From positions 23,898 to 87,897 of the forward strand of contig CATMOE010000007.1 of NCBI GenBank assembly GCA_950072105.1: a stretch of DNA of 64,000 bases, written 5' to 3'. The DNA is from an uncultured Dehalococcoidia bacterium (GTDB lineage: Bacteria; Chloroflexota; Dehalococcoidia; Lucifugimonadales; UBA3495). The notes beneath the pieces are model-generated. The model saw nothing but the letters and a program-made list of their open reading frames with translations. It did no database searches and had not been told where the DNA came from. Positions 1-9,256 of the stretch are shown in pieces (position 1 is the stretch's first letter; each line of letters starts with the position of its first letter). Position numbers and translations under genes: made by a program.

Positions 1-2
1 TC

Positions 3-410
3 CGGCTCCTGATCTTGGAAGGCTATCAGGTAATAGAAGCGGCCTACGGACAGGCCGGTTATGCCTCCGCCATATCAGACTCGCCTAATATCATCCTGCT
101 GGACCTGAATATGCCCATCATGGACGGATTTGAAGTGCTGCACAAGCTTAAAGGCAATCCGGAGACCGAGCGTATCCCGGTGATAGTTCTAACCGCCAGG
201 ATCGACGCCGAGTCGGAACGCCGGTGTATGGCGGCGGGAGCAACGGACTACATCAAGAAGCCCTGGGGCCCGGCTGAGCTTCAGGAACGGATAGCAATTC
301 TCGTCGGCGCCAAGGAGCTGGAGCGTGAAGGATACGTTACGCAAAAGGCAAAGCCGCACATCTTTAGAGATATGGTCAAACCGCCGGGATTATTTGAGCC
401 TCCCCCTTAA
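3..410 (+). CDS. Response regulator receiver (CheY-like) protein, 5'-partial
   Basis: Receiver motifs ILLDLNMP-MDGFEV, VIVLTA and DYIKKP; the frame is open to the window edge. Confidence 0.9.
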   Translation, partial: RLLILEGYQVIEAAYGQAGYASAISDSPNIILLDLNMPIMDGFEVLHKLKGNPETERIPVIVLTARIDAESERRCMAAGATDYIKKPWGPAELQERIAILVGAKELEREGYVTQKAKPHIFRDMVKPPGLFEPPP

Positions 411-525
411 CGATTCCTGGTAGCTATGATATCCACCTCTCCCCGCCGGATGATAAAATCCCCCGAGTAGATAGCCTAGAGTTGGCTTGTGATGCCTGTG
501 CTCAAGGCCTAAAAGGGGTGGCGCA

Positions 526-2526
526 TTGCCGGTTACCAAACTTGAGGTCGCCAATCGTAGTCAGTTCTCCAACGGGGATTCATTCGGAGATATCGGTCCA
601 TATGAACTCGTTGAGGGCACGGTCCATTTTGCCGTGGACCCTCTGCATCCCAGAAATCAAATCATCACCGATCTGGACCTGGCGCCCAGAGACTCGGCTG
701 GTCAAGTTACCATGTCCGCCGACTTCTCGGTGCTAAAGCCCGCCGAACTTGGCCAAGGCAATCGCCGGCTGCTGTTCGACGTAGTGAACCGGGGCGGGAA
801 AACCGTCATTACTGGGTTCAACAGCGCGCCGGCGGTTACAGACCCAAAGGCGCCCTTGGAACCGGGAAACGGATTCTTGATGCGCCATGGCTACACCGTC
901 GTCTGGGGTGGCTGGCAAGCCGATCTGCCCGATATCCCCGGATTGATCGGGTTGCAAGCGCCCCAAGCCGTCGGCCCCGGCGGTCCCTTGGCCGGAAAGA
1001 TTCTCTGCCAATTTCAGTCTGATAATCCGGGGCAGACCTTTTTGCTGTCCCATCGCGGGCATCGGCCCCACCCACCCGCGGACTTGGACGACCCTTCGGC
1101 CACCCTCACCGTGCGGGATCATCCCAACAGCCAGGCGATGCCCATCGACCGGGGAGATTGGTCCTTTGTGCGCCAAGAAGACGCCGAGGTGGGCTCCGAT
1201 CCCAGCCATATCTACATGCCGTCGGGCTTTCTGCCGGGCAAGATCTACCAGTTGGTCTACACGACAAAGGGGAGCACGATCGTCGGATTGGGCCTGGCCG
1301 CGGTCCGGGAGGTGGTGTCTTTCTTGAAATACGCCGATGGCGCGGCGGGAAATCCATGCGCCGGGGACATCGACTACGCCTACGGATTCGGCCGGTCACA
1401 GAGCGGCCGCTTCCTCCGCCAGATGATTCACCTTGGGCTTAATGACGACGAAGAAGGGCGTATTGCTTTGGATGGGATCATTCCCCATGTGGGTGGCGCT
1501 ATGCGGGGTGAGTTCAACCTCCGCTTCGGCCAGCCCTCCCAGGACATCTGCTTTATCTCGCCTGAGATGTTCCCTTTCACCGACACCACGCAGACCGACC
1601 CCGTCACCGGGGCCAAAGGGTCCATGCTGGAAAGATTGGAAGAACAGGGCCAAGTGCCCAAGATAATGTTCATCAACACCTCGGGGGAATACTGGCGTGG
1701 CGATGCCGCGTTGATCCACACCGACTTGGGGACCGGCCCGGATGATATGAAAGACGCGGCGGAGTCTCCGTCAGTGCGCCGCTATCACTTCGCCGGTTGT
1801 CAGCATGGGGTCGGCGCTTTCCCTCCTTTGGAAGTTAGGACCGGTGGGGGCAGTCGGGGGCAACTTCCCTTTAACAGCGTGGATTACGCCTGCCTGCTGC
1901 GAGCCGCACTGGTTAACCTGGACCGCTGGGTGTCCGGTGGCGAACCAGCCCCGGCCAGTAGGCACCCCAGCTTGTCCGACGGTACGGCCGTGGATTCCCA
2001 ATCGGTGATGGACAGATTCACCGGGTTGCCCGGCGTTAGCGTGGCCGCCAAGACGACCCACGCGCTGCGTCTGGACTACGGACCGGAAACACACGAAGGC
2101 AGGTTAACAAAGCTGCCCGCTGAGGAAGGCCAGGAATATCCTGCTCTGGTGTCGGATATTGATGAAGACTTCAACGACCGGGCCGGCATCCGCCTGCCCG
2201 ATCTGACGGTTCCGGTGGCGACTTACACCGGATGGAACCTGCGCGACGCAAGTATCGGTAATCCAAGCCTGTTCATCGGGATTTCCGGGGGATTGGCGGG
2301 TTGGACCCTGCCCTTCCCAAAAACCGCTGCAGACCGGGAATCCAGCGGAGACCCTCGGCGATCCATAAGCGAACGCTACGACAGCCGGGATTCCTATCTT
2401 CAGCAGGTGGAGAACTCCGCCCAAACCTTAGTGGAAGAGGGATATCTTCTGGCCGAAGACCTGCCGAGAGTCGTGGAGCGAGCCGGAATAAAATACGACT
2501 ATTTCATGGAAGAAACCCCAGCTTGA
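526..2526 (+). CDS. Alpha/beta hydrolase domain-containing protein (large tannase-like/uncharacterised family)
   Basis: 666 aa; GRSQSGR nucleophile elbow, LFDVVNRG, C-terminal GDPRRSISERY. Confidence 0.8.
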   Translation: MPVTKLEVANRSQFSNGDSFGDIGPYELVEGTVHFAVDPLHPRNQIITDLDLAPRDSAGQVTMSADFSVLKPAELGQGNRRLLFDVVNRGGKTVITGFNSAPAVTDPKAPLEPGNGFLMRHGYTVVWGGWQADLPDIPGLIGLQAPQAVGPGGPLAGKILCQFQSDNPGQTFLLSHRGHRPHPPADLDDPSATLTVRDHPNSQAMPIDRGDWSFVRQEDAEVGSDPSHIYMPSGFLPGKIYQLVYTTKGSTIVGLGLAAVREVVSFLKYADGAAGNPCAGDIDYAYGFGRSQSGRFLRQMIHLGLNDDEEGRIALDGIIPHVGGAMRGEFNLRFGQPSQDICFISPEMFPFTDTTQTDPVTGAKGSMLERLEEQGQVPKIMFINTSGEYWRGDAALIHTDLGTGPDDMKDAAESPSVRRYHFAGCQHGVGAFPPLEVRTGGGSRGQLPFNSVDYACLLRAALVNLDRWVSGGEPAPASRHPSLSDGTAVDSQSVMDRFTGLPGVSVAAKTTHALRLDYGPETHEGRLTKLPAEEGQEYPALVSDIDEDFNDRAGIRLPDLTVPVATYTGWNLRDASIGNPSLFIGISGGLAGWTLPFPKTAADRESSGDPRRSISERYDSRDSYLQQVENSAQTLVEEGYLLAEDLPRVVERAGIKYDYFMEETPA

Positions 2527-2583
2527 TGAGCGATCGGGTCAGCGTGGCGAAAATGAAAATATGGATGACGCGAAGGGAAAGTG

Positions 2584-3236
2584 ATGTTGAAACTAGGTAG
2601 CCGCCTGACCCGTGTAATCGTCCCGGCCATGTTAGTTTTGTTGGTGGCGGCCGTCGCTTGTGAACCCGTTGACCACAGGGATCGAGCCGGGATGAGATTC
2701 GGCAATTGGTTCGGGTCGAAGTTAACTCCCAGATCGAGGCGGCCAAAGAAGAGATGTCTCAGGACTTTGGTCCGTTCAAGGGCGATATGGATTTCCAACT
2801 GATGCAGCCGTTGAACGAGTTGCGGTTCGAGTTCGACGGCCTGAGAAACCAGGTGGAAGGAGCCGAATACGTGTCAAAGTTCGATCTGGAAAGTCTCAGG
2901 CTGGACATGCAGGAGATGGGGTCCTATATCGACACTCTGGAATTTGAATACGCGCGGCGAACGGACTTGGATGAACTGCGATTCCAGATCGACGACATAA
3001 ACAACGATATGGCGTTGAGAGACCTGGAATCCAACCAGAGTTCAGACATCGCCCATTTATGGCTCGGGATGGAAGAAACTAAGGCGACGATTGAAGACGA
3101 GCGGAACCAAACGAATCTCAATCTTGATCAACTCCGGTTGGAGATACAGAATGTCGAACGGTTCTTAAACGACTTCCAAGCCAATTTCAACTTCGAACTG
3201 GACACCCTGAGATTGAGGGTGGATGCGCTGCAGTAA
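2584..3236 (+). pseudogene. Coiled-coil lipoprotein split by a 1-nt frameshift near 2673
   Basis: The signal peptide with lipobox-like VAAVAC is in one frame and the coiled-coil body (2706..3236) in another; adding one C at gac(c)ca joins them as CEPVDPQGSSRDEIRQLVRVE. Confidence 0.65.
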
Positions 3237-3273
3237 ATCTGGTTGGCATGACCAAATCAGATTTCACTGTGAT

Positions 3274-3302
3274 GTAGGGGCAGGTTTCAAACCTGCCCCT
3301 AC
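3274..3302. repeat. GTAG-tagged REP palindrome
   Basis: GTAGGGGCAGGTTT-C-AAACCTGCCCCTAC, perfect 14-bp arms, between convergent genes. Confidence 0.85.
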
Positions 3303-3340
3303 GCTTGTCCGGAAAATTGCAATGCCGTTTTCCTTCGCCC

Positions 3341-3721
3341 CTAATCAGGCAATACTGCAATAGCCTCAATCTCAATCTTAATATCGGGTGTTCCCAATGC
3401 GGCAACCTGCACCTGGGTGCTGGCCGGGAAGTTGCCCTCAAAGTATTTGCGCCGGACTTCGCCGCTAGCTGGAGCTTCCCGCAGGTCGGTGACGAAACTG
3501 GTTACCTTGACGATGTTGCTTATCGACCCGCCGTTGGCCTCTAGAATCGTCTGGAATTTTTGCAGGATGACCTCGGTTTGGGCGGCAATGTCGCCGGTTT
3601 CGGCGGCGGTCCCTCTGGCCGTGCTGCCCGCGATGAAGAGCATGTTGCCAAAGCGGACCGAATGGTGAAAGGCCCCCGCTGGTTGGGGCATGTCCGGGTA
3701 GTCGCGGCGGATGATTTCCAT
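3341..3721 (-). CDS. RidA/YjgF family protein
   Basis: LFIAGS, IVKVTSF, FPASTQVQVAAL, KIEIEAIA. Confidence 0.9.
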   Translation of the reverse strand: MEIIRRDYPDMPQPAGAFHHSVRFGNMLFIAGSTARGTAAETGDIAAQTEVILQKFQTILEANGGSISNIVKVTSFVTDLREAPASGEVRRKYFEGNFPASTQVQVAALGTPDIKIEIEAIAVLPD

Positions 3722-3762
3722 GGTATCCCTCCGTATTGGTCTGGCTTCTTTAGGTCGGGTCT

Positions 3763-5331
3763 TTAGGTCTGGTCTTCCTTCGTGGGAAAAATGAGAGACT
3801 TTACCGTGACCGGAACGACCTCGGAAATGCCCATGGGCAGGCCGATATCCAAATAGTCCAAGTCACCCACGTCGATGCCGTCCACCACCACCACGTCCTG
3901 GCGCAGGTTCAGTTCCTCTTTCAGGATGCCGCCCAGCGACTTGGCCACGTCGGTGTCAAGAACTATGAACACCGGGGCATCTACGCCCTCGCCCTTGGTC
4001 ACCACGGCGGCGATGCCGTCGGCCAGCGTTTTCAGGATTCGGTAGTTGGGCGGCTCTTCAACTTCTAAGGCTAGCGCTAATCCGGGAGCAAATCCGGTCA
4101 GATCGAACTTGGCTAACGCGCTCTGTATCGACCGCTCTACGGAATCTTGACCGTTCATGCGGGGGCGGACCACTTGCAGACCAAAGGCCGGCAGTGAGTC
4201 TACGCCGGACAGATGACTGGTGGCGCCGCTGGCTTGTACCGTGTACTCCCCTGCTCCTATCACCGTGGCGCGGATACCCTCATCGGCTTGCCGCACCGTC
4301 CCCTCTTTGAACACCGCCTTCAAGCTATCGCCGATCTGCCGTGCAAACTTGGGGCCTAGATCGCCGTAGGAGGCTGCGTCGTGGCCGTAGATGTACTCTG
4401 ACACTCCCCCGGAAAACACCACGAAGTCCACCTCGGACGGACCTTGATAATCCTCCATGGGGTCTGTAATCAGGAATTCTTCTGTCACGCCGGTCAGGGG
4501 GATCTTTTGGATCACCTGTGAGAGTAGTTTGGCCATGCGGGCGGCAAAGGCTTCCTTCACCGGTTCGCTGATGGACTGGCCCAGAGACAGGTCGAATCCC
4601 AGTTCGTTCAGTAAAACGATAGCCGGTTCCTCCAGCCGAGTCACCCGGTCCTCGTCGTCGAAAGCGATCAGCCGGGCACCGACACTAATGGCCGCGGTAC
4701 TCGTCACCACGCCGTTACGTATCAAGCATAGCTTGGTGGTGCCCCCGCCCACGTCGATGTTCAAAACAGTGGCGCTTTCAGACTCAGATAGGGCGACCGC
4801 TCCGCAACCGTGAGCCGCCAACAGGGCCTCGTGGTTAGGTCCAGCGGAGGCGCAGATGAACTTGCCCGACTCTTTGGCGAAAAGCTCACTGATGGGGCGG
4901 GCGTTTTCCTTCTTCAGAGCCTCGCCGGTGATGATCACGGCGCCCGTATCTACGGTATCCGGGGTGAATCCGGCCTGCCGGTAAGACTCATGAACGAACT
5001 CTTGAATGTTGGCGGTGTCGATCAATGTTCCGGAGATGTAAGGCGTCAACAAGATTGGAGACCGGTACAAGACCTTCCGATCGGTCACCCGAAACCGGCT
5101 GGAAAAAGCGGACCCCTCCCTTCTCAGGATCAGTTGCGAGAAAACCAGATGCGAGGTAGACGAGCCGATGTCTATGCCCACACTGCGGATGGTGAGCATC
5201 TCCATGCCTTCAACGTCCACGACCGGGCCCACGTCACCAAAATCGTCTAGGTCTTGGTGAGGGTCAACCGGAAAATGGTCATGGCTATGGCCGTGATCGT
5301 GAAGCCCGTCTTCGAATTCGTCGTGATCCAT
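3763..5331 (-). CDS. eutA: EutA-like (ethanolamine ammonia-lyase reactivase family, ASKHA ATPase) with His-rich N-terminus
   Basis: SVGIDIGSSTSHLVFS, TGAVIITGE, NIDVGGGTTK, IRATVIGAG, DYLDIG..VPVTVKSLIF; alternative start TTG 5340. Confidence 0.85.
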   Translation of the reverse strand: MDHDEFEDGLHDHGHSHDHFPVDPHQDLDDFGDVGPVVDVEGMEMLTIRSVGIDIGSSTSHLVFSQLILRREGSAFSSRFRVTDRKVLYRSPILLTPYISGTLIDTANIQEFVHESYRQAGFTPDTVDTGAVIITGEALKKENARPISELFAKESGKFICASAGPNHEALLAAHGCGAVALSESESATVLNIDVGGGTTKLCLIRNGVVTSTAAISVGARLIAFDDEDRVTRLEEPAIVLLNELGFDLSLGQSISEPVKEAFAARMAKLLSQVIQKIPLTGVTEEFLITDPMEDYQGPSEVDFVVFSGGVSEYIYGHDAASYGDLGPKFARQIGDSLKAVFKEGTVRQADEGIRATVIGAGEYTVQASGATSHLSGVDSLPAFGLQVVRPRMNGQDSVERSIQSALAKFDLTGFAPGLALALEVEEPPNYRILKTLADGIAAVVTKGEGVDAPVFIVLDTDVAKSLGGILKEELNLRQDVVVVDGIDVGDLDYLDIGLPMGISEVVPVTVKSLIFPTKEDQT

Positions 5332-5393
5332 GGGTTGCAAATCTCCGATCGCCTTAGTGCCTATCCGAAATCTTAAGAGAAGAAAAGTCCAGG

Positions 5394-5466
5394 CCCTTCG
5401 ACAAGCTTAGGGCGAACGGATTTCACCCGACGGCATTCCCCCGTTCGTGGTGAGCCTGTCGAACCA
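5394..5466. repeat. REP-like repeat family A (CCCTTCGACAAGCTYAGGGCGAACGG...CCGTTCGTGGTGAGCCTGTCGAACC)
   Basis: Near-identical copies at 31290-31354 and 45234-45298. Confidence 0.85.
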
Positions 5467-5482
5467 CCTCCCCTGGTGGCGC

Positions 5483-6628
5483 TTACTGGGCCGCGGTCCG
5501 GTAGTCCCACTCGTAGTCCCGGTCTTTGTAAGCTTGGTCCGGCATGAGGCTGGTCAAGCCGCGCTTGGCCAGTTCTTCCTCGAACTTCTCGCGAACCCAG
5601 GGCTCCTCATCCGCGTATTCGATCTGGTCGTTAGACAGATCTCCCACCGATTCGTCGGTATATCCGTGGAACTGGCGGGGCGGATGGAGGGCCAGGTATC
5701 GCGCCTTGGCGCCGCCGATGTTGAAGTGCTGGTGGAACCACCGGTTGGGCGGGACCAAAGCGCTGCCTTCCTGCCAGGGCACCACTATTTTTTCCTTGCC
5801 TTCCTCCCACAGGATGGTGTAGCCCTCACCCGCGGGAATAACTATGACCCGGCCGGGTCCGTGGCGATGGGCCTTCTTATAGAGTTGGGGGGCGAAGACG
5901 GACATATGAGAGGACATTTCCGAGCCGGGGAATTGGATGTAGACGCTGTGGCCGCCCGCTCCCCGGGATTCGTTGCTATCTAGCTGGTCCCAACTCTGCA
6001 TGTCGGGGAAAAAGTTGCCCCGCCAAAGGAATCCGCGGCGCCCCCGGCGATCGGCCCGGGGCACTGCCTTGGCTTCGGAATAGAATTCTCTACCCTCTAC
6101 CTCCGGGGCGTCGTAGGGGTTGTTAAAGAAGAAGGCGGGGTCCGGGATCGTGGACATGGCCAGAGGCAGGTAGTTGTAATGGAGCAACCTGACCGGGAGA
6201 TCTCCCCGGGTGTTGCTGAACTGATGGAAGCGGTTGCGTTCCAGCAGGAAGATGCTGTGTTTCTGCCACTCCACCGTCTGCCGCCGGGAGTCTCCCGCTC
6301 CCCAAACGCTGGTCAGACCTCTTCCTTCGACGACGTAGACCACTTCGTCGACGGATAGTTTGAAGGGCGGCAGGGACTCTCCGGGAGGAATCTCGCTAAC
6401 CCTGGCTTCGATGATTCCTTCCTGCCCCATGAGTTGGATGAAAGCAGCGTGACAACCCCGCTCCTCCCACCAGCCTAATTCCAGTGTCCTGAGGTCGGAA
6501 ATGAAGAAGCCCGTGTGAATGGGAATCCCCACCGACCGCATCCAAGCGTCGTAGGTGTAGACGTTTATCCCGATGTGTGTCGTCGCTACGTCCTCGGAAC
6601 TGTCTAGGGTACCCCACGTTTCAACCAT
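5483..6628 (-). CDS. Bicupin protein (gentisate dioxygenase-like fold)
   Basis: Two cupin motifs (EVVYVVEGRG..FHQFSN; AHRHGPG..WFHQHFN); ATG 6628 has an AGGAG RBS. Confidence 0.8.
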   Translation of the reverse strand: MVETWGTLDSSEDVATTHIGINVYTYDAWMRSVGIPIHTGFFISDLRTLELGWWEERGCHAAFIQLMGQEGIIEARVSEIPPGESLPPFKLSVDEVVYVVEGRGLTSVWGAGDSRRQTVEWQKHSIFLLERNRFHQFSNTRGDLPVRLLHYNYLPLAMSTIPDPAFFFNNPYDAPEVEGREFYSEAKAVPRADRRGRRGFLWRGNFFPDMQSWDQLDSNESRGAGGHSVYIQFPGSEMSSHMSVFAPQLYKKAHRHGPGRVIVIPAGEGYTILWEEGKEKIVVPWQEGSALVPPNRWFHQHFNIGGAKARYLALHPPRQFHGYTDESVGDLSNDQIEYADEEPWVREKFEEELAKRGLTSLMPDQAYKDRDYEWDYRTAAQ

Positions 6629-6696
6629 GACACTTCTCCTTCTCGCCAGCCTCGGACCAAGGCGTTCTCTAGGTAAGGCACGCCTGCATCTGACGG

Positions 6697-6725
6697 ATTC
6701 TAGCAAGCCTAATCCGATGGGTCAA
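6697..6725 (-). promoter_or_regulatory. Sigma70-type promoter for the cupin-eutA-ridA operon
   Basis: TTGACC-N17-TAGAAT on the minus strand. Confidence 0.6.
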
Positions 6726-6914
6726 TCATGTGGTTTGCCCGGGGAGGTCACGTCTCCTGCGCCGGAATGACGGTGTTAGGGAATCGGCCGGCTTTCATCA
6801 GAATTTCAAAGTCTCTGAATACGAAGTGGGACGGAGGGTTGTTCGCACTGGAACGTGATTGTCGACGATGGGTCTGGCTCCCCAAACGTCCTGGTAACGC
6901 TAGGTCTTTGTGGT

Positions 6915-6923
6915 TGATATAAT
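6915..6923 (+). promoter_or_regulatory. Extended -10 promoter element
   Basis: TGATATAAT (TGnTATAAT) about 85 nt upstream of ATG 7010. Confidence 0.5.
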
Positions 6924-7009
6924 GCGGGCAAATTCTTCACCGGGTTTCGTTCGCAGGGGATAAGTCCCTGCCTTTTCCCAATGCCAATACACCGTAGGTG
7001 GAGGCGTCC

Positions 7010-8464
7010 ATGGAATCGGTCCTCATCGTCGCGTTTGACGGGCTTCAGCCGGCTCAGGTGATACCTGATCTGATGCCTAACCTATCGTCGCTGGCTGGCA
7101 ACGGAGTTACCTTTGCCAACCACCATCCCGTGTTTCCCTCGGTCACCAGGGCCAACGTTGCCAGCCTGGCCACCGGACTTTATCCGGGAGGGCATGGACT
7201 GGCGGCGAACACTTTGATGATGCGCGAATTCGATTCAATCCAGGTCTTTTCAGCATTGGAACCAAAGTTGGCTGAAGTCGCCGCGAAAATTGGGCGGGTG
7301 CTGCTGGCTCCCACCCTGGCGGAGATTCTGTCCCAGAACGGCCAGGAGTACGTTGCGATAGGCGTCGGGACCAACGGCAATGCCTACTTGCAGAACCCCA
7401 CGGCGGAGCGTGACGGCGGCGCGACCATCCACCCCGATTTTACCCTTCCCTACGGTCTGAATGAGGATATCACCGCCCGATTCGGACCCTGGCCCGATGA
7501 AACTAGGCCCAACACTCCTAGAATGGCCCAGGCCGTTAAGATCATGACCGAATATATCCTCCCGGAACGTATCCCTGCTGTTTCGCTGATCTGGTCGTCG
7601 GAACCGGACAAGTCGCAGCACGACCAGCCGGTGGGTTCCGATCTTTCCAACGCCGCGGTCAAAGAGGCCGATGAACAGTTCGGGATACTGATGGAATGGT
7701 TGAGTCAGTCTGGCCGGGCTGCGGATACCAACGTGATAGTAATATCCGACCACGGTTACTCCACTATCATCACCACGGTAAACGTCGAAGCTTTGGTGCG
7801 GGAGGCCGGCTTCCCTCCGAGTGGTGAGCCCGGCGGCGTGGCGGTTGCCAACAATGGCGGCGCGGCCTTGTTTTACATAACGGACGGGGACCCGGATACC
7901 GCCGAGCGGCTGGCGGTCTGGCTGATGGGCCAGGAATGGTGCGGGACCGTCACCGCGTCGGACGCCGTTGGTGAGATTCCGGGCACTCTGCCGGCGTCGG
8001 TGGTCGGCAACCAGGGGCCCAGAGGACCGGAGATCACGATGTCATTCCGATGGAGCTCGGACCCCAACAGCGCCGGCTACCAAGGAAAGGTATTCTCCAC
8101 GGGTGGGGGTCCCGGCCGGGGTCAGCATGGCTCCATGAGCAAGCACGAGATGAACAACGTGATGATCGCCTGGGGTCCCGGTTTCAAACGGGGCATCACC
8201 CTGGATGTTCCCTCGGGTAACATCGACGTGGCCCCCACTATATTGAACTTGCTGGGCCTACCGGTTGGCGATGCCATGGACGGCCGGGTGCTGGCGGAGG
8301 CGCTGGCCGGCGGTCCCGATCCTGAGACCGTTGATTGGTCTGCCGAGCTTTACAACACGGAGCGCCGGCTGAAAGAGAAGGTGTATCGTCAGCAGATCAA
8401 GCTATCCGTCGTGGGCGGCACCACCTATGTCGACCAGGGCAACAGCACGTTGGGGTGGCGGTGA
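7010..8464 (+). CDS. Alkaline phosphatase superfamily (nucleotide pyrophosphatase/phosphodiesterase) protein
   Basis: FDGL, FPSVTRAN (Thr nucleophile), EPDKSQH, SDHG, QHGS, DVAPT. Confidence 0.88.
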   Translation: MESVLIVAFDGLQPAQVIPDLMPNLSSLAGNGVTFANHHPVFPSVTRANVASLATGLYPGGHGLAANTLMMREFDSIQVFSALEPKLAEVAAKIGRVLLAPTLAEILSQNGQEYVAIGVGTNGNAYLQNPTAERDGGATIHPDFTLPYGLNEDITARFGPWPDETRPNTPRMAQAVKIMTEYILPERIPAVSLIWSSEPDKSQHDQPVGSDLSNAAVKEADEQFGILMEWLSQSGRAADTNVIVISDHGYSTIITTVNVEALVREAGFPPSGEPGGVAVANNGGAALFYITDGDPDTAERLAVWLMGQEWCGTVTASDAVGEIPGTLPASVVGNQGPRGPEITMSFRWSSDPNSAGYQGKVFSTGGGPGRGQHGSMSKHEMNNVMIAWGPGFKRGITLDVPSGNIDVAPTILNLLGLPVGDAMDGRVLAEALAGGPDPETVDWSAELYNTERRLKEKVYRQQIKLSVVGGTTYVDQGNSTLGWR

Positions 8465-8526
8465 GTTGTATCGCGGGATGTTACCATTGGGCGCCGGATT
8501 ATCCTGTCAAAAGATAAGGAGTAGAA

Positions 8527-9057
8527 ATGGCTGCAAGCGATGTGATTAAAACTTCTCTGGAACGTAACTGGGGGATGGTGGACCGGGCGGTGGACGGTTT
8601 GGACGATGCCATGTTGGGCCGCCTGATAGACGGCCAAGTCAACTCTATCTCCTGGTTACTCTGGCACATGACCCGCGTGGTAGACGTATTCATCCAGACA
8701 CGGCTTCAAGGCAAACCCCAACTGTGGTCCCAAGACGGGTGGTGCGAGAAGTGCGGCCTGAGTGAAGATCCGGAAACCACCGGACAGGGCTGGTCGGCTG
8801 AGCAAGTCGCCGCTTGGAAGGTGCCTTCTCGGGTGGTTCTTTTGGGGTATTTCGAGGCAACTAAAGCCGAAGCCAGGAAATATCTGGACGGCCTGTCCGA
8901 TGCCGACCTGAACGCAACCCGCATCGTGCCCCCGGCCACCGAGCCGCGGTCTGTGTCCGAAATGCTGGGCATCCTGGTCTTCGACAACGTGACCCACGGG
9001 GGCCAGATCGCCTTCCTCCGGGGCTATTTCGAGGGGAGGGGCTGGTTTGTCCCGTGA
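8527..9057 (+). CDS. DinB family protein
   Basis: NSISWLLWH ... DNVTHGGQIAFLRG. Confidence 0.85.
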   Translation: MAASDVIKTSLERNWGMVDRAVDGLDDAMLGRLIDGQVNSISWLLWHMTRVVDVFIQTRLQGKPQLWSQDGWCEKCGLSEDPETTGQGWSAEQVAAWKVPSRVVLLGYFEATKAEARKYLDGLSDADLNATRIVPPATEPRSVSEMLGILVFDNVTHGGQIAFLRGYFEGRGWFVP

Positions 9058-9164
9058 TTCCCGCGCCGCCGCGACGGATTCGTCCACCAGATCCCACGCT
9101 TTTTCAATCTTGGGCAACGCAAAGGGCCTGATACAGCATCCAGTTAATTGTGATGAATGCAAAT

Positions 9165-9217
9165 CACCCCCCTCTCTAACTCTCCCCCTTTACGGGGGAG
9201 AGTTAGAGAGGGGGGTG
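9165..9217. repeat. REP-like palindrome family B (perfect 24-bp inverted repeat)
   Basis: CACCCCCCTCTCTAACTCTCCCCC-TTTAC-GGGGGAGAGTTAGAGAGGGGGGTG; the right arm recurs at about 46551-46573. Confidence 0.85.
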
Positions 9218-9256
9218 CCGGCCCGTGCATCAAAATCATCTATAAATGGTATTAGT

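Noticed and set aside
9047..9256. N-terminal extension of the amidohydrolase ORF
   Set aside because: It translates through a REP palindrome and overlaps the dinB end; family similarity starts near 9257
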